Source of the DNA: Candidatus Hydrogenedentota bacterium
GTDB taxonomy: Bacteria > Hydrogenedentota > Hydrogenedentia > Hydrogenedentales > SLHB01
Assembly: GCA_963745075.1 (NCBI GenBank)
Contig: CAVUWV010000001.1
Coordinates: 224,001-288,000, forward strand
Length of the DNA stretch: 64,000 nt
Direction: 5' to 3'
This document shows, piece by piece, positions 41,971-52,949 of this stretch (position 1 is its first letter; the number at the start of each line of letters is the position of its first letter). The position numbers were made by a program, and so were the translations under genes. Below the pieces are notes generated by a model. It saw nothing but the letters and a program-made list of their open reading frames with translations, did no database searches and was not told the origin of the DNA.

Positions 41971-44365
41971 ATGCGGTTTGGCAAGCGAAGCAAAAATCCA
42001 CTGTCCTGGGGTTGGCGCAGCACAAATGCCGTTCAAGCAGAGCCGGAGGGGGTTGTCGAGGAGCCCGAGGCAGAACCGTCCGTCGTTTCACTTGAAGAAT
42101 TCGTCGTTCGCAGTCCCGAACCGCCGACTGACCTGCCTCGCTCCGAAACGGGAGACCGCGTCGTGACCAGTGACCCAACGCAACGGCTTTTGACCTCACT
42201 CGGACGTTTCCAACGACACTTCATGAAGGCGCGTGAAGGCGCCTCGCAGGACCTATGGTCCGACGAATGCATGAATCACCTCATTCACGGCGTGGAAATC
42301 GCGCTCGAGCAGGATTGGGGGGATTCTGGTCGAAGCGTTGACCGAAACCGGCCGCATTCTCCAGAGTTATGAAGACGCGGGCCGCGCCAACGACTGCGTA
42401 CCGTTCCTCGCAGACAGTTACGAAATCCTTTGTTTAATGGTCGGCGACCTTATCGTCGACAAGGTCCGTCCCGGCGTACTGCGCAAGTGGCACGATTGTT
42501 ACGAACGGGCGCTGGATGACTTGGCCGCCCAAGGACTCGCGCTCGTCCAGGATGAAGACAGCGAATACCGCCGTCTGCAACGCCAGGCGGCCGAGTCTCC
42601 CAATCCCGAAGCGGCTGCACCGCCGGAGATTCCCGGGCATGCCGTCGCCTCGCCTTCGGAAGCGCCGGAAGGTTTTGAGCCGCCGGATCTTGGTCAGCTT
42701 CACGAACTCCCGCCCCTGACTCCCCTGGAAGGAAGCCCGTCGCACGACATTCCCGAGATGCCCCATTCACTCGGGAATGCGACGGACGCAGAAGAGTCGC
42801 CCTTCGATTCGGCAGACTTCGATGCGGAGACCGGTTCGTTTTCGGAGGAGGCCCCGGATTTGGCGCCTCCCGATTTGGAGACGCATATCGAAACCGGCGA
42901 CGCTTCCCTTCCGGAAGAGCCTGCGGCTGAGCCTCCGGAAGCTATCGAGACGACGTCCCCCGAGCCGCCCGTGGGTACTACGGGTCTGGACACCGAAAGC
43001 GCCGAGATCCTGGACATGCTTTGCGACGGTCTGGCACGAATCGAGAACGATCCCGAAGGGGCGCGCGGCACCGTGTTTCTCGCCATCGACGACGGTCTCA
43101 ACACCCTTCACCAGGGGGCGGCCCAGCGTGAATGGCACGGTTCGCTGCGCGCGTGCGAGGCCATGTCGCGTCTCTGCGAGGCCGCCGCCGCCTTCGACGG
43201 GCAGATGGGCGACCGCTTCTTTGAAACAGCCTACGCCTTTGGCGGCGTCTACGGGGAAGCGCAAGATCAAGCCGACGACGACAACCTGGTGAATTGGGTC
43301 TCCGAATGCGATGCGTTAATCGAGGAATGGCGTGCCGAGCCCGCGACCGCCGAATCGCCGGCCGGGGACTCGGAAGAATTGCCCTTTGAACTGCCCGCGA
43401 TGGACGATTCCTCCGGGAATGAACTCGAAGTGGAAGTGCCGTCGTTGGAGGAATCGGCTATGGAGATTACGCCGCCCGAACTTCCCGCGGAGACTTCCGC
43501 AAGCGAAACCGGAGCGGAAGAAGCGAGCACGGCGCTTGCCCCCGTGGAAACCCCTCAGGACAGCGCCGTCGTGGTGGGGCCCGACGAGGTCGTCGCCGGA
43601 GACGAAACCGAACCTGTCCAAGCCGGCGCGGAATACGTCGAGATTTCCTCGGCCGAGCCGCCTGCACCGGCGAAACGTCCCGAAGACGACCCGGCGACGC
43701 AATTCCTGGAGACGGCCCGGCTGGCCATGGGTACGGGAGCGTCTGCAGACGCCAAGTTGTTCGCCATGCAGGCCGCTGCCAGTATTGCCCAGGCGCAGGT
43801 AAAGGATGCCGAATCCCGCGTGCGCCAAGCCGAGATCCGGTTGCAGGAAACCGTTAAGTCCATCGAAAGCGCCCGCGCGCACGTCAAGAACGCAGAGGTG
43901 CAAGTCGAAGACGCTGAAGTGCACGTCGAGGAGGGGAAAGAAAACCTCGCGGACCGCGGGCGCCATACCCACGGCGTTATGGGAAGCCTGGAGGGCATCC
44001 GATCGCGTATAACCGACCTTGACCGCCGCATTCAGGAACTTCAGGCCCAGCGCGACGAAGCGAGTCGCCAGCAGTCGGCGGCCGAAGAGGCCCTCAATGA
44101 GGCGCGACAGCAGGAAAGCGAGACGAAAGAGCACCTCGACGCACTCAAAAATGCCGAGCAGATGGCCCGGGTCCAACTCGAGGATTGCCGCAGCCAGGTC
44201 AAGCTGCTTCAGCGTAAACAGGGCGAAATCGAGGCCTTGATGGAACGCGCGCGGGACACCCTGACGCGGTATCGCGAATCTATGGCGGATATCGACCGGA
44301 CCATCGAACTCATTCGGAACGCGGAATCCGGTCAAACCATCGAAGGCGACGAACTGTTGTTTTAG
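41971..44365 (+). CDS. Acidic hypothetical protein with two Hpt-like bundles and a C-terminal coiled coil, frameshift near 42320
   Basis: ORFs 41971..42372 and 42338..44365 join at a G6 run (QDWG|ILVEALTETGR); E/P/A-rich linkers; heptad-rich last ~200 aa. Confidence 0.7.
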
Positions 44366-44476
44366 GTGCCGGGCGGGCCACCGGCCCGTAATCCCCGGAA
44401 ACAACCGTTCGTCTGCCGAGGATACGTGGGGGCTCGCCCGTGTCTCGATACTACACGATAAAACCAGGGACTCAGT

Positions 44477-45760
44477 GTGCGGAATCGCGGTGAAATTGTC
44501 GGTGTTGTCGACCTCGGATCCAGGGCGATTCGTGTGCTCATCGCGCGCCGGGAACCGGACGGCACGGTTCAAATCATCGGCCACGGCACGGCCCCCGGTC
44601 ACGGGTGCGTATCCCAAGGCGTCATTCAAGATCGCACTGCCGCACAGCTCGCCCTCAAACGCGCTCTCGCCGACGCCGAACGGGAAGCCCGGATCCGGGT
44701 GAGTTCGCTCTTCTGCGGCGTGAACGGTAAGAACGTGGACACCTTCATCCGCGAAGGCAACGTTAAAGTCGACCGCGAGGTCGTCGAACTCACCCACATG
44801 ACCGAAGCGCGCGATATCGCGTCCCGCGACATTCTGGCGGCAGGCAAACGGATCACCTCCTCCATCAGCGCGCAGGAATGGTACGTCGACGACATGCGGG
44901 TTATCGATCCCCTGGGCATTCGCGGGCAGGTCCTCAAGACGCGGGTTCACTTTGCCCGGATTCCGGGCGTCATCGAGGACAATCTCGTCGCCTGTATCGA
45001 ATCCCAGAGCCGCGAGCTGGAGGATATGATTTTTGTCCCGGTCGCGTCGGCCTTGGGGTGTCTGACACCGGAAGATATGGAACTTGGCGTAGCGGTCCTC
45101 GATTTGGGCCGCAGCATCAGCGGTCTCGCCGTGTACCGTGATTTCCGGATTCTGGGGACGAATTGCTTCGAGTGGGGCGGCTATCACATCACGCGCAACG
45201 TCGCGGCCGGCCTCCAAGTCAATTTCGAGGAAGCGGACGACCTGATTCTCGAATATGGGATTTCACAAGCCTGTATCAACGAAGAGTTTGCCGAGTCCAT
45301 GGCGGTCGCCATGCAAGTCAACGACGAGCGAACCGCGCGGGTCAAACTGAAATCGGCCGTGCCCGGCGCGCCGCCCATCGTCGATCGCGGCGACCTGGAC
45401 ATGATCGTCTTCGAACGTGCCAAGGAACTTCTCATCAAAGTTCGGCAATATCTCCATTCCCGTGGACTGACCAAGAACCTCGTGCGGGGTATCGTGCTTA
45501 CCGGTGGGGCAAGCCGTATCAAAAACTACACCGCACTGGCAGAGGCCGTGTTTCAGGTCCCGTGCCGCGTCGGTCTGCCGAACTCCGTCGAAATTCGGCC
45601 CCAGGCGGTCCAGGCCCCCGAATATTCAGCGGCGGTGGGCATCGTGCGCCATGCATTCGAGTACCGTGCCGCCGCGCGCAACGGCCGCGTGGAACCGCGA
45701 GGCGCGGTCGTCTCCCTGTCGAGGCGACTGGCGCGCTTTTTCAAACGCTACTTCTTGTAA
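44477..45760 (+). CDS. ftsA: FtsA cell-division actin homolog
   Basis: VDLGS, GVSQG-like (CVSQGVI), IDPLGIRG, LTPEDMELGVAVLDLG, GGYHIT, IVLTGGAS, C-terminal amphipathic LARFFKRYFL. Confidence 0.88.
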   Translation: MRNRGEIVGVVDLGSRAIRVLIARREPDGTVQIIGHGTAPGHGCVSQGVIQDRTAAQLALKRALADAEREARIRVSSLFCGVNGKNVDTFIREGNVKVDREVVELTHMTEARDIASRDILAAGKRITSSISAQEWYVDDMRVIDPLGIRGQVLKTRVHFARIPGVIEDNLVACIESQSRELEDMIFVPVASALGCLTPEDMELGVAVLDLGRSISGLAVYRDFRILGTNCFEWGGYHITRNVAAGLQVNFEEADDLILEYGISQACINEEFAESMAVAMQVNDERTARVKLKSAVPGAPPIVDRGDLDMIVFERAKELLIKVRQYLHSRGLTKNLVRGIVLTGGASRIKNYTALAEAVFQVPCRVGLPNSVEIRPQAVQAPEYSAAVGIVRHAFEYRAAARNGRVEPRGAVVSLSRRLARFFKRYFL

Positions 45761-45969
45761 GTGTCGAATTACGGGGGACCGCTCGAGCCGCGACCGGTCG
45801 CAATCCGGGCCGGGCATCTGCTAGTATCTCCGCTTATGGGGTTGGGGTGATTCGTTATCGACGCCCTTTCCCCGTACCTGATTTGTGAGTTGAAATGCCA
45901 ATGGGCCAAGATTTGGCCGACACCCGTTCGCCTCGCCCGGGCACGAGACGGACCGGCAAGGAATCGACT

Positions 45970-48528
45970 ATGCCGAAAGTATGTACGTACACCGTTGTTC
46001 CCAAGATTCCACCCCGCCTCGAGCGGCTCCGTGACATTGCCAACAACGTCTGGTGGTGCTGGGACCACGAGGCCATCGAGCTTTTCTACCGTATCGACCG
46101 CGATCTCTGGGATCGGACCGGGCAAAATCCCGTCAGTACCCTCGGCGAAGCGACCCAGGCTCGCCTGGAAGAGTTGGAGCACGACGAAGGCTACTTGACG
46201 CAGTTGGATCGCGTCGCGGCCCGCCTTGATGATTACCTCACCAACAACCCGTGGCGGGAGCGAAATCCGGAGTCTCCCGAGGGGTTTAATGTTGCGTATC
46301 TTTCCGCAGAGTTTGGCCTGCACGAGTCCATCTCGATCTACTCGGGCGGTCTCGGGTTGTTGGCGGGGGACCATCTGAAGAGCGCCAGCGATTTGGGATT
46401 GCCCCTGGTCGGCGTCGGGTTGTTGTACCGGGAAGGTTACCACCGTCAATACCTGAATGCCGATGGTTGGCAACAAGAACGGTATCCCCACAACGACGTC
46501 TACAAAATGCCCATGGTGCTCATGCGAGACCAGAGCGGGGCCCCGCTCTTGGTCGCGGTCGAGTACCCCGAGCGCACGGTCAAATCGCGGGTCTGGAAAT
46601 GCCAGGTGGGTCGGGTGCCCCTGTATCTGCTCGACACCGATTTTGACGGCAACGACCCCGATGACCGGGAGATTACCGCGCGGCTGTACGGTGGCGACCG
46701 CGACATGCGCATTCGTCAGGAAATCCTGCTCGGCATCGGCGCCGTGAAGTTGCTCCACGCCATCGAAGTGTTCCCAACCGTGTATCACATGAACGAGGGT
46801 CACGCGGCCTTCATGACGCTCCAGCGCATCAAAGAGCTGATTCTACAAGAAGGTCTCACCTTCGAGCAGGCCGTCGACTCGGTCAAGGCGGCCAGCGTCT
46901 TCACGACACACACGCCGGTTTCCGCCGGCAACGACATGTTTTCGCCCGAGATGGTCGAGCATTACTTCCGTTCCTACTGCGAAGAGACCGGTATCAACAT
47001 CGACCAATTGCTGGCCCTCGGCCGTCAAGATCCCAACGACTCCCGTGAACCGTTCTGCATGACCGTCCTGGCGTTGAAAGTCTCCGCGGCCGCCAACGGC
47101 GTCAGCAAACTCCACGGTGAAACGGCGCGCAGCATGTGGTCGCGCACGTGGCACGGCATACCCGAGGACGAGGTCCCCGTTACATCAATCACCAACGGTG
47201 TACACACCAACTTTTGGGTTTCACGGGATCTCGGCGAACTGTACGACCGCTATCTCGGACCGGGGTGGGTGTCCAATCCCGCCGACAACGGCATCTGGTC
47301 CAGGATGAATGATGTGCCGGATGCGGAACTGTGGCGCACCCACGAACGCCGCCGGGAACGCCTCGTAACCTTCGCCCGGCACCGGTTGGTGCGCAGCCTG
47401 ACCAACCGCGGCGCGTCCAATGCCGAGATTGCCGCCGCAGGAGAAGTGTTGGATCCGGAAGCGTTAATCATCGGTTTCGCCCGGCGATTCGCAACGTACA
47501 AACGCGCGAACCTGTTTCTTACGGATCCCGAGCGGTTCGTGCGGCTTCTGAAAAACGATGGCCGCCCCGTTCAAATGCTCATTGCAGGAAAGGCCCATCC
47601 GCAAGACAACCAGGGCAAGGAACTGATTCGGAATATCATTCATTTCGTGCGCCGGTACGACGTGCGCAACCAGGTCGTGTTTCTTGAAGACTACGACATC
47701 AATGTGGCCCGCTACATGGTGCAGGGGGTGGACTGCTGGCTGAATACGCCGCGCCGTCCCATGGAAGCCAGCGGTACCAGCGGTATGAAAGCGGCAGCCA
47801 ACGGCGTCCTGAACATCAGTATCTCCGACGGATGGTGGTGTGAGGCCGAAGTCCTCGGGGAGAACGGGTGGACCATCGGCCATGGCGAGTCCTATGCCAA
47901 CACCGACGAGCAAGATCTGGTCGAGAGCCAGATGTTGTACGAACTTCTCGAACGGGAAATCGTCCCCGCCTTCTACGATCGTGGCCGCGATGGCTTGCCC
48001 CGCGAATGGATCCGCCGCATGAAGACGGCGATCCAGACGATCGCCCCGTATTTCACCACCCATCGCATGGTCCAGGAGTACGCGGACCGTTTCTATATCC
48101 CCTGCACCGTGCGCCGCAATGCCCTTCGGGAAGACAAACGCGCCCGGTCCCTCGCGCTGACAAAGTGGAAGCAGAAGATTCGCGCCGCGTGGGACAAAGT
48201 CCACTTCCTCGAGGTCGAATCGGGGCCGACCGAGGGCCTTCTGTACAGCACGAGCCTCCCGGTGAAAGCCGACTTGCGCCTGGACAAGCTCAAGGATACG
48301 GATGTCACCGTCGAGATGTATTATGGCGACGTGGATCCGTTCGAGCGCATCACGAACGGACGCACCGCGGAGATGAAGTGCACGGGCAAATTAGACGGCA
48401 GCATCTACCGTTTTGAAGGTGAAATCTACTGCGACAAGACAGGCGAGCAGGGGTTTACCGTTCGGGCGATACCCACGCATCCCGATTTGCATAACAAACA
48501 CGAGATGGCCCTCATCGTTTGGGCGTAG
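45970..48528 (+). CDS. glgP: Alpha-glucan (glycogen) phosphorylase
   Basis: YSGGLGLLAGDHLK, HMNEGH, FARRFATYKR, EASGTSGMKAA. Confidence 0.95.
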   Translation: MPKVCTYTVVPKIPPRLERLRDIANNVWWCWDHEAIELFYRIDRDLWDRTGQNPVSTLGEATQARLEELEHDEGYLTQLDRVAARLDDYLTNNPWRERNPESPEGFNVAYLSAEFGLHESISIYSGGLGLLAGDHLKSASDLGLPLVGVGLLYREGYHRQYLNADGWQQERYPHNDVYKMPMVLMRDQSGAPLLVAVEYPERTVKSRVWKCQVGRVPLYLLDTDFDGNDPDDREITARLYGGDRDMRIRQEILLGIGAVKLLHAIEVFPTVYHMNEGHAAFMTLQRIKELILQEGLTFEQAVDSVKAASVFTTHTPVSAGNDMFSPEMVEHYFRSYCEETGINIDQLLALGRQDPNDSREPFCMTVLALKVSAAANGVSKLHGETARSMWSRTWHGIPEDEVPVTSITNGVHTNFWVSRDLGELYDRYLGPGWVSNPADNGIWSRMNDVPDAELWRTHERRRERLVTFARHRLVRSLTNRGASNAEIAAAGEVLDPEALIIGFARRFATYKRANLFLTDPERFVRLLKNDGRPVQMLIAGKAHPQDNQGKELIRNIIHFVRRYDVRNQVVFLEDYDINVARYMVQGVDCWLNTPRRPMEASGTSGMKAAANGVLNISISDGWWCEAEVLGENGWTIGHGESYANTDEQDLVESQMLYELLEREIVPAFYDRGRDGLPREWIRRMKTAIQTIAPYFTTHRMVQEYADRFYIPCTVRRNALREDKRARSLALTKWKQKIRAAWDKVHFLEVESGPTEGLLYSTSLPVKADLRLDKLKDTDVTVEMYYGDVDPFERITNGRTAEMKCTGKLDGSIYRFEGEIYCDKTGEQGFTVRAIPTHPDLHNKHEMALIVWA

Positions 48529-48634
48529 GGCGATGTAAGCCCCCTGAAGCCAAGCGTTTTGCGTTGGTTCCCTCCCCGGCGGTATACTTCGCCGGCTGGT
48601 TCTCATTTCATCCAATCAACAAGGATAACGTGCC

Positions 48635-49651
48635 ATGATTATCGTTATGGCCTCCCGCGACCGGGAGGACATAAACCGGGTCGTCCGGAAAGTCGAAGAA
48701 TTCGGCTATCAGGCGCATCTCATCGAAGGCGTCGAACGCACCGTTATCGGCGCAGTGGGCGACGAACGCACCAAGCAACAGTTGCTGTCCCTCGAGTCGA
48801 TGCCGGGTGTCGAAGCGGTGATGCCCATTCTGAAGCCGTTCAAGTTGGCCGGCCGGGAACTTCGCCCCGATCCCAGCGTCGTCGAGGTCGGCCCGGTGCG
48901 AATCGGCGCAGGCCATTTCTGCGTGATCGCAGGTCCGTGTTCGGTGGAAAGTCGCGAACAGATTCTCGAAACGGCCCGAGCCGTCAAGGAAGCGGGCGGA
49001 AACATGCTCCGTGGAGGGGCCTACAAGCCCCGGACGTCTCCCTATAGCTTTCAAGGGCTCGAAGAAGAAGGCTTGAAACTGCTACACGAAGCGAGCCGTG
49101 AAACGCGTTTGCCCTTCGTTACCGAGGTGATGACGCCCGAGCAGGTTCCGCTTGTGGAATCCTATGCCGACATGCTGCAAGTGGGCGCCCGCAACATGCA
49201 AAACTACGGGCTGTTGAAGGCTGTCGGAAAAGCCGGCAAACCGGTCTTTCTCAAACGCGGCATGATGTCGACGATAAACGAACTGCTGATGTCGGCGGAA
49301 TACATCATGTCGGAAGGTAACCCGGACGTCGTGTTGTGCGAGCGGGGGATTCGTACGTTCGAAACCGAAACCCGCAACACCTTCGACATCTCGGCGATTC
49401 CGGTGCTCCGCAAGCTGAGTCATCTCCCCGTCGTCGCCGATCCCAGTCACGCGACCGGTCATTGGGATATGGTGATTCCCATGGCAATGGCAGCGCTAGC
49501 GGCCGGAGCCGACGGGCTCATGGTGGAAGTCCATCCACGCCCTATGGAAGCATTCTCGGATGGTGCCCAATCCTTGAAACCGAAACGTTTCCGTGAATTG
49601 ATGGACGGCGCTCGACGTTATCTGGACGTGGCCGGCAAGACATTGGGGTAA
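48635..49651 (+). CDS. aroF: DAHP synthase type I-beta with N-terminal regulatory domain
   Basis: [36 protein letters not shown]. Confidence 0.95.
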   Translation: MIIVMASRDREDINRVVRKVEEFGYQAHLIEGVERTVIGAVGDERTKQQLLSLESMPGVEAVMPILKPFKLAGRELRPDPSVVEVGPVRIGAGHFCVIAGPCSVESREQILETARAVKEAGGNMLRGGAYKPRTSPYSFQGLEEEGLKLLHEASRETRLPFVTEVMTPEQVPLVESYADMLQVGARNMQNYGLLKAVGKAGKPVFLKRGMMSTINELLMSAEYIMSEGNPDVVLCERGIRTFETETRNTFDISAIPVLRKLSHLPVVADPSHATGHWDMVIPMAMAALAAGADGLMVEVHPRPMEAFSDGAQSLKPKRFRELMDGARRYLDVAGKTLG

Positions 49652-49653
49652 CG

Positions 49654-50241
49654 ATGGCAGATCAGGAACTGGAAGAAGACCTCGAGTCTGGCGACAACGA
49701 GCCGATTGAAAGCCTCGGGCGCGACGAAACGCGTCAGGCCTTGCACGCGCTCCTTTTTGTGAGCGATCGGCCGCTGAGCGCGGATCGATTGGCCGAGGCC
49801 CTGGGCGACATCGATCGAGACGTGGTGGCGACCCTCCTGGACGAGTTGCGCGAAGACCTGGACGAGAAAGGCGCCCCCTACGTGTTGCGCGAAATCGCGG
49901 GCGGGTATCAACTGACCACCAAGGGCGCCTACGCGCCGTACATCCGGCGGCTTCTGCAAATCAAAAAGAGCAACCGCCTTTCGCGCGCGGTGCTCGAGAC
50001 GTTGGCGATCATTGCATACAAACAACCCGTCACCCGTTCGGAGGTCGAGGCGGTTCGCGGCGTCAGTGTATCGCACGCCTTCGACATTCTTCAGGAAAAG
50101 CGCCTGATCAAGGTGGCCGGCATCGCCGAAGTGCCGGGACGGCCTCGCTTGTATCGCACCACGGAAGAATTCCTCGTGCACTTCGGGATCAAAAGCCTCA
50201 AAGAGCTTCCCAGCATCGAGGAATTGCGTGAGATGATGTAG
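49654..50241 (+). CDS. scpB: SMC-ScpAB subunit ScpB
   Basis: LETLAIIAYKQPVTRSEVEAVRGV, PGRP..YRTTEEFL..FG. Confidence 0.95.
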   Translation: MADQELEEDLESGDNEPIESLGRDETRQALHALLFVSDRPLSADRLAEALGDIDRDVVATLLDELREDLDEKGAPYVLREIAGGYQLTTKGAYAPYIRRLLQIKKSNRLSRAVLETLAIIAYKQPVTRSEVEAVRGVSVSHAFDILQEKRLIKVAGIAEVPGRPRLYRTTEEFLVHFGIKSLKELPSIEELREMM

Positions 50242-50329
50242 TCCTCGCCAAGGCTTCCGCCCGTCAAAAGGAAATGATTGTAGATCACCCCTCATGTCGA
50301 TCGTGTGAGGAAAACCGGGTTGTCTCGTC

Positions 50330-51082
50330 ATGCGCCTCCAACAATTCATAGCCACCTGCGGGCTTGCGTCGCGCCGGCGCGCGGAAGAACTCATCGTCGA
50401 GGGACGCGTAACCGTAAACGGAGTAATCGCGCAACTTGGCGCACAGGTCGATCCTCTTACGGATAAGATCGCGGTGGACGGACGCACGCTCGAACCGGAA
50501 ACTTCAGTCTATATTCTTCTCAACAAACCCCGGGGAGTCGTTACCACGGTGCGGGACACGCACGGCCGAGGTACCGTAATGGACTGCCTGGCAGCGCTTG
50601 ATGCACGCGTGTTCCCGGTCGGTCGGTTCGATCGGGACGTCGACGGTGCTTTGCTCCTGACCAACGACGGTGAATTGGCATTTCGACTCACGCACCCGAG
50701 GTTCGAAGTGACGAAGACGTACCGCGTATGGGTCACAGGCGATATGTCGGTGGAGACGGCCGCCCGCTTGGCCAGGGGGGTCATGCTCGACGACGGCCTG
50801 ACGGCCCGATGTCAGGTGAAGATCCTGTCGCGCATGCGCGGACGCACCCAAATCGAACTTGTCCTGCATGAGGGCCGAAACCGCGAGGTCAAGCGTATGT
50901 GCAATGCCGTCAACCACCCCGTGAAGCAGTTGTCGCGTATCGCATTTGCCGGCCTAACCGTGAGAAACCTCAGCGCAGGCGAATGGAGGCAGTTGGACTC
51001 GGAAGAAGTCGCGTCTTTGCGCAAACGTGTCGGACTGGAAGATCTGAAACCAGGATCACAAGGTATCGACCATGACGAGTGA
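50330..51082 (+). CDS. rluB: rRNA pseudouridine synthase (RluB/RsuA family)
   Basis: S4 domain (SRRRAEELI), LNKPRG, PVGRFD, EGRNREVKRM; follows scpB. Confidence 0.85.
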   Translation: MRLQQFIATCGLASRRRAEELIVEGRVTVNGVIAQLGAQVDPLTDKIAVDGRTLEPETSVYILLNKPRGVVTTVRDTHGRGTVMDCLAALDARVFPVGRFDRDVDGALLLTNDGELAFRLTHPRFEVTKTYRVWVTGDMSVETAARLARGVMLDDGLTARCQVKILSRMRGRTQIELVLHEGRNREVKRMCNAVNHPVKQLSRIAFAGLTVRNLSAGEWRQLDSEEVASLRKRVGLEDLKPGSQGIDHDE

Positions 51083-52028
51083 GACGGCGAAAATCGACGA
51101 CTCGTCTCCGTTGCAGCCGGGCCATACTCGCGAGGCGCTTTGGCAACGTCGCATACGCTTGGAGCGCGCGTTCCAGCGTGCCCGCGAAGCGGGCGAGGGC
51201 GATCTGGGGGATCGATTGTCCCGTTCGCGCGTGCCGGAATGGATCCTGCGCGGTGTCGGTTTATGGAACCGCGGTATTCGGAACGCCCTCCGGCCGCGTC
51301 TGGTCGAGCGCGATCTACCCGTTCCCGCGTTGCCGGACCATTTGCAGGGATTCCGTCTGCTGCACGTCTCAGATTTCCATTTCAACGCACAGTTTCCCCA
51401 GTTTGCTCGAATTGTCCGCGACCTTTTATCTGGCGTCGAGGCAGACCTGTGTGTGTTTACGGGGGACTATCAGTTCTCGCATCGCGGGAACTACGATCGC
51501 GTCCTGCGCGATATGGCCATTGTGATGAAAGGGATATCGGCACGCCACGGAGTCCTCGGAATTCTCGGTAACCATGATCTCTCGGTGTTCGTGGAACCCT
51601 TTCGGGAATTGGGCATCGACATGTTAATCAACGAAAACCGCCGCATCCGGGCTGCAAATGGCGGACTTTGGATCGCGGGGGTTGACGACCAGCACCGCTA
51701 CCACTGCGAAAGTCTTGCACTTGCGACCGAAGGCATCCCTCCCAATGCCTTCACGATACTCTTGGCCCATTCTCCCGAACTTGCCATGAGCGCCCCAGGC
51801 TACGGCATTCGCGTGTACCTGTGCGGGCACACGCATTGGGGGCAGGTCCAGTTGCCGGGGGTGGGCGCGCTGACGTACAACTCGCGGTGCGCTTCCCGCT
51901 TCTGTGAAGGATCGTGGCAGGTGAATTCTATGGCCGGCTACACGACGGCGGGAATCGGCACGACCGACCTGCCCCTCCGCTTTAACTGCCCCTCGGAAGC
52001 GTGTGTCCTAACCCTGGTACCGGCCTGA
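51072..52028 (+). CDS. Calcineurin-like metallophosphoesterase (YkuE-like)
   Basis: SDFH, TGDY, GNHD, LAHSP, GHTH motifs. Confidence 0.88.
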   Translation: MTSETAKIDDSSPLQPGHTREALWQRRIRLERAFQRAREAGEGDLGDRLSRSRVPEWILRGVGLWNRGIRNALRPRLVERDLPVPALPDHLQGFRLLHVSDFHFNAQFPQFARIVRDLLSGVEADLCVFTGDYQFSHRGNYDRVLRDMAIVMKGISARHGVLGILGNHDLSVFVEPFRELGIDMLINENRRIRAANGGLWIAGVDDQHRYHCESLALATEGIPPNAFTILLAHSPELAMSAPGYGIRVYLCGHTHWGQVQLPGVGALTYNSRCASRFCEGSWQVNSMAGYTTAGIGTTDLPLRFNCPSEACVLTLVPA

Positions 52029-52943
52029 CTCTTCGGTCATGTCCGGCTTCCAGACGAGAACTTTCGCCTTTCCCTCATTCTTGGATCGATACATGGCCGA
52101 GTCGGCCCGAGCGCACAATGTTTCAAAATCGCTTCCGTCGCGGGGGGCTTCAACCAGACCCGCGCTGAAGGTCAGCAGGCGGGATCCCTCTTCCTCGGAA
52201 AGCTGCTTGAACGTCGCGTGCATACGCTCGACGATTCGCAATCCAATATCCTCGGGCGTTTCGGGGAAATACAGGACAAACTCCTCGCCGCCATACCGGC
52301 CGACGATGTCGACGGTCCGGATGTCCTTGGTCAGCGCGGCCGCCAGTTGCTTCAAAGCGTGATCGCCCGCGGCATGGCCGAACTCGTCGTTCACCCGTTT
52401 GAACTCATCAATATCGAGAAACACCAAGGTCGCCACCGCCGGATAGCGCTTGATGCGCTCCAGTTCGCGCTCGATTTCACGTTGCAGCGTTTGCCGGTTC
52501 AGCAGCTTCGTGAGCGGATCCAGGCGCGCGACACGCGCAAAATTCTCGTGCCGCCGCAGCACGGCGTGCACCCGGGCCAGCAAGACTTCCGGATCGAAAG
52601 GCTTCGTGATGTATTCGTCGGCTCCGGTGGACAATCCGTGAATCTGATCTTCGGCCGTCGTCTTTGCGGTCAGGAAGATAAAAGGAATCTCACGGAGGAC
52701 GGGGTCGTCGTTGATGCGCTCCCGAAACGTAAATCCGTCCATTTCCGGCATCATCACATCGCACACAATGAGGTCCACGGTGACAATATCGAGCTTGTGG
52801 AGGGCGCTTACACCGTCTTCCGCGCTGAATACCTGGAAGCCCGCTTCCGAGAGATTGTAGGCAAGCAGCTCCGAGGTGTGCGGATCGTCCTCGACGACAA
52901 GCACGGTATACGTTCTCGGGTCTTCAGTGATGGCGTTGTCCAT
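52008..52943 (-). CDS. REC-GGDEF diguanylate cyclase
   Basis: VEDD..CDVMMP..KPF receiver; RTVD I-site and GGEEF active site. Confidence 0.92.
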   Translation of the reverse strand: MDNAITEDPRTYTVLVVEDDPHTSELLAYNLSEAGFQVFSAEDGVSALHKLDIVTVDLIVCDVMMPEMDGFTFRERINDDPVLREIPFIFLTAKTTAEDQIHGLSTGADEYITKPFDPEVLLARVHAVLRRHENFARVARLDPLTKLLNRQTLQREIERELERIKRYPAVATLVFLDIDEFKRVNDEFGHAAGDHALKQLAAALTKDIRTVDIVGRYGGEEFVLYFPETPEDIGLRIVERMHATFKQLSEEEGSRLLTFSAGLVEAPRDGSDFETLCARADSAMYRSKNEGKAKVLVWKPDMTEESGRYQG

Positions 52944-52949
52944 TCCGAA

